64,000 nt of DNA. Source: Calcarisporiella thermophila CBS 279.70. Its lineage: Eukaryota > Fungi > Calcarisporiellomycota. The translations under genes were made by a program, and so were the position numbers. Below are positions 63,301 to 64,000 of the stretch, in pieces. Under the pieces are notes generated by a model that saw nothing but the letters and a program-made list of their open reading frames with translations, ran no database searches and had not been told where the DNA came from. Within the stretch, counting starts at the first letter, position 1, and each line of letters begins with the position of its first letter. The stretch covers positions 1,149,980 to 1,213,979 of the forward strand of contig NW_027192192.1 in assembly GCF_041956535.1 (NCBI RefSeq). Direction: 5' to 3'.

Positions 63301-64000
63301 TCAAATTCCTCCTCCGCCTCCTCCCCCACCTCCACCATCTCCACCACCTCCACCTCCACCTCCACCACCATCTCCGCCTCCACCACCACATCCTCCACCT
63401 CCACATCCTGCACTACCACATCCTGCACTACCACATCCTGAACATCCGCATGCTCCTCCCGAATCTGTAATGATCGAAAACCAAAGGAATGTATAAGTAT
63501 CATATTAACAAGTACTATCCCAAAAAATAAACTCTCTCACCAGAAAGTATAGGGTCACAGCTTACACCACAGCTGGCTGTAGCGCATGCGGTTCCGACGA
63601 ATATAGGATACACTACTCCACATAAACCACGGTTAGCCTATATTGCAGGAACAATATAAATGTAAAAAGCGAGACTCACTCGGTATAAACCAATAGTAGG
63701 AAGCAGCTCCACCACTTTTTGAAGAGCTGTACCCAAAAATAGCTCTGTTACCCAGATTTGAAATGGTATCAATTTGATATAACGTTGAACTTACTCTCCG
63801 TGACCACGCTTATCTTCGCGTCCTCTTTTTGCATCATGCTGTGAATTGTACCGCGACAATAACCCAGGGTGGTAATATCTACCAGTAAAGTCGGCTCCAG
63901 CTGGACCCCTCCATGGCTGGTTCCCCACCTGGCAAAGCTCAATAGTCTGTGCATCCTCACCTATAGGCTGGTTTGCATTCAACACTGGGCTACATGATTT
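63301..64000 (-). CDS. GRDP/DUF1399-like protein, copy 3 (3' exons; runs off the window)
   Basis: 63858-64000 is nearly identical to 58703-58845; the final exon encodes GGACGCSGCGSAGCGSAGCGGG...GI*. Confidence 0.7.

Noticed and set aside
63219-63503. His-, Pro-, Thr- and Val-rich ORFs in alternative frames (also near 58118 and 61883)
   Set aside because: They are shadow frames of the Gly/Cys-rich GRDP tail exons.

Overview
Eukaryotic, intron-rich fungal genomic DNA, most consistent with an early-diverging (Mucoromycota-like) fungus; this assignment is an inference from gene content and intron style. About 23 protein-coding genes are recognisable, including RAD26, a TBC GAP, RTT106, C2H2/homeobox/APSES transcription factors, TYR1, an alpha-arrestin, RPL2, AMS1, an RNPC3-like gene, CTF4, a Slm1-like PH protein, a G-alpha, a RasGAP, MRP2, Y14, YAF9 and a tandem GRDP/DUF1399 cluster. 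The accessory island at 12.0-20.4 kb lies between two outward-facing tRNA genes, Leu-TAG (minus) and Pro-CGG (plus). It holds stacks of 5'-truncated L1/Tx1-like non-LTR retrotransposons inserted about 79-86 bp upstream of each tRNA. All have their 5' end toward the tRNA, and the target-site duplications at the two loci share no sequence. This points to a position-specific, tRNA-gene-targeting LINE system resembling Dictyostelium TRE5. The island also contains a Ty3/gypsy derivative bounded by 105-bp inverted LTR ends and a CCA-bearing tRNA-Gly-like pseudogene. Assembly gaps lie at 19459-20170 and 58847-59632. Exon boundaries were read by eye.
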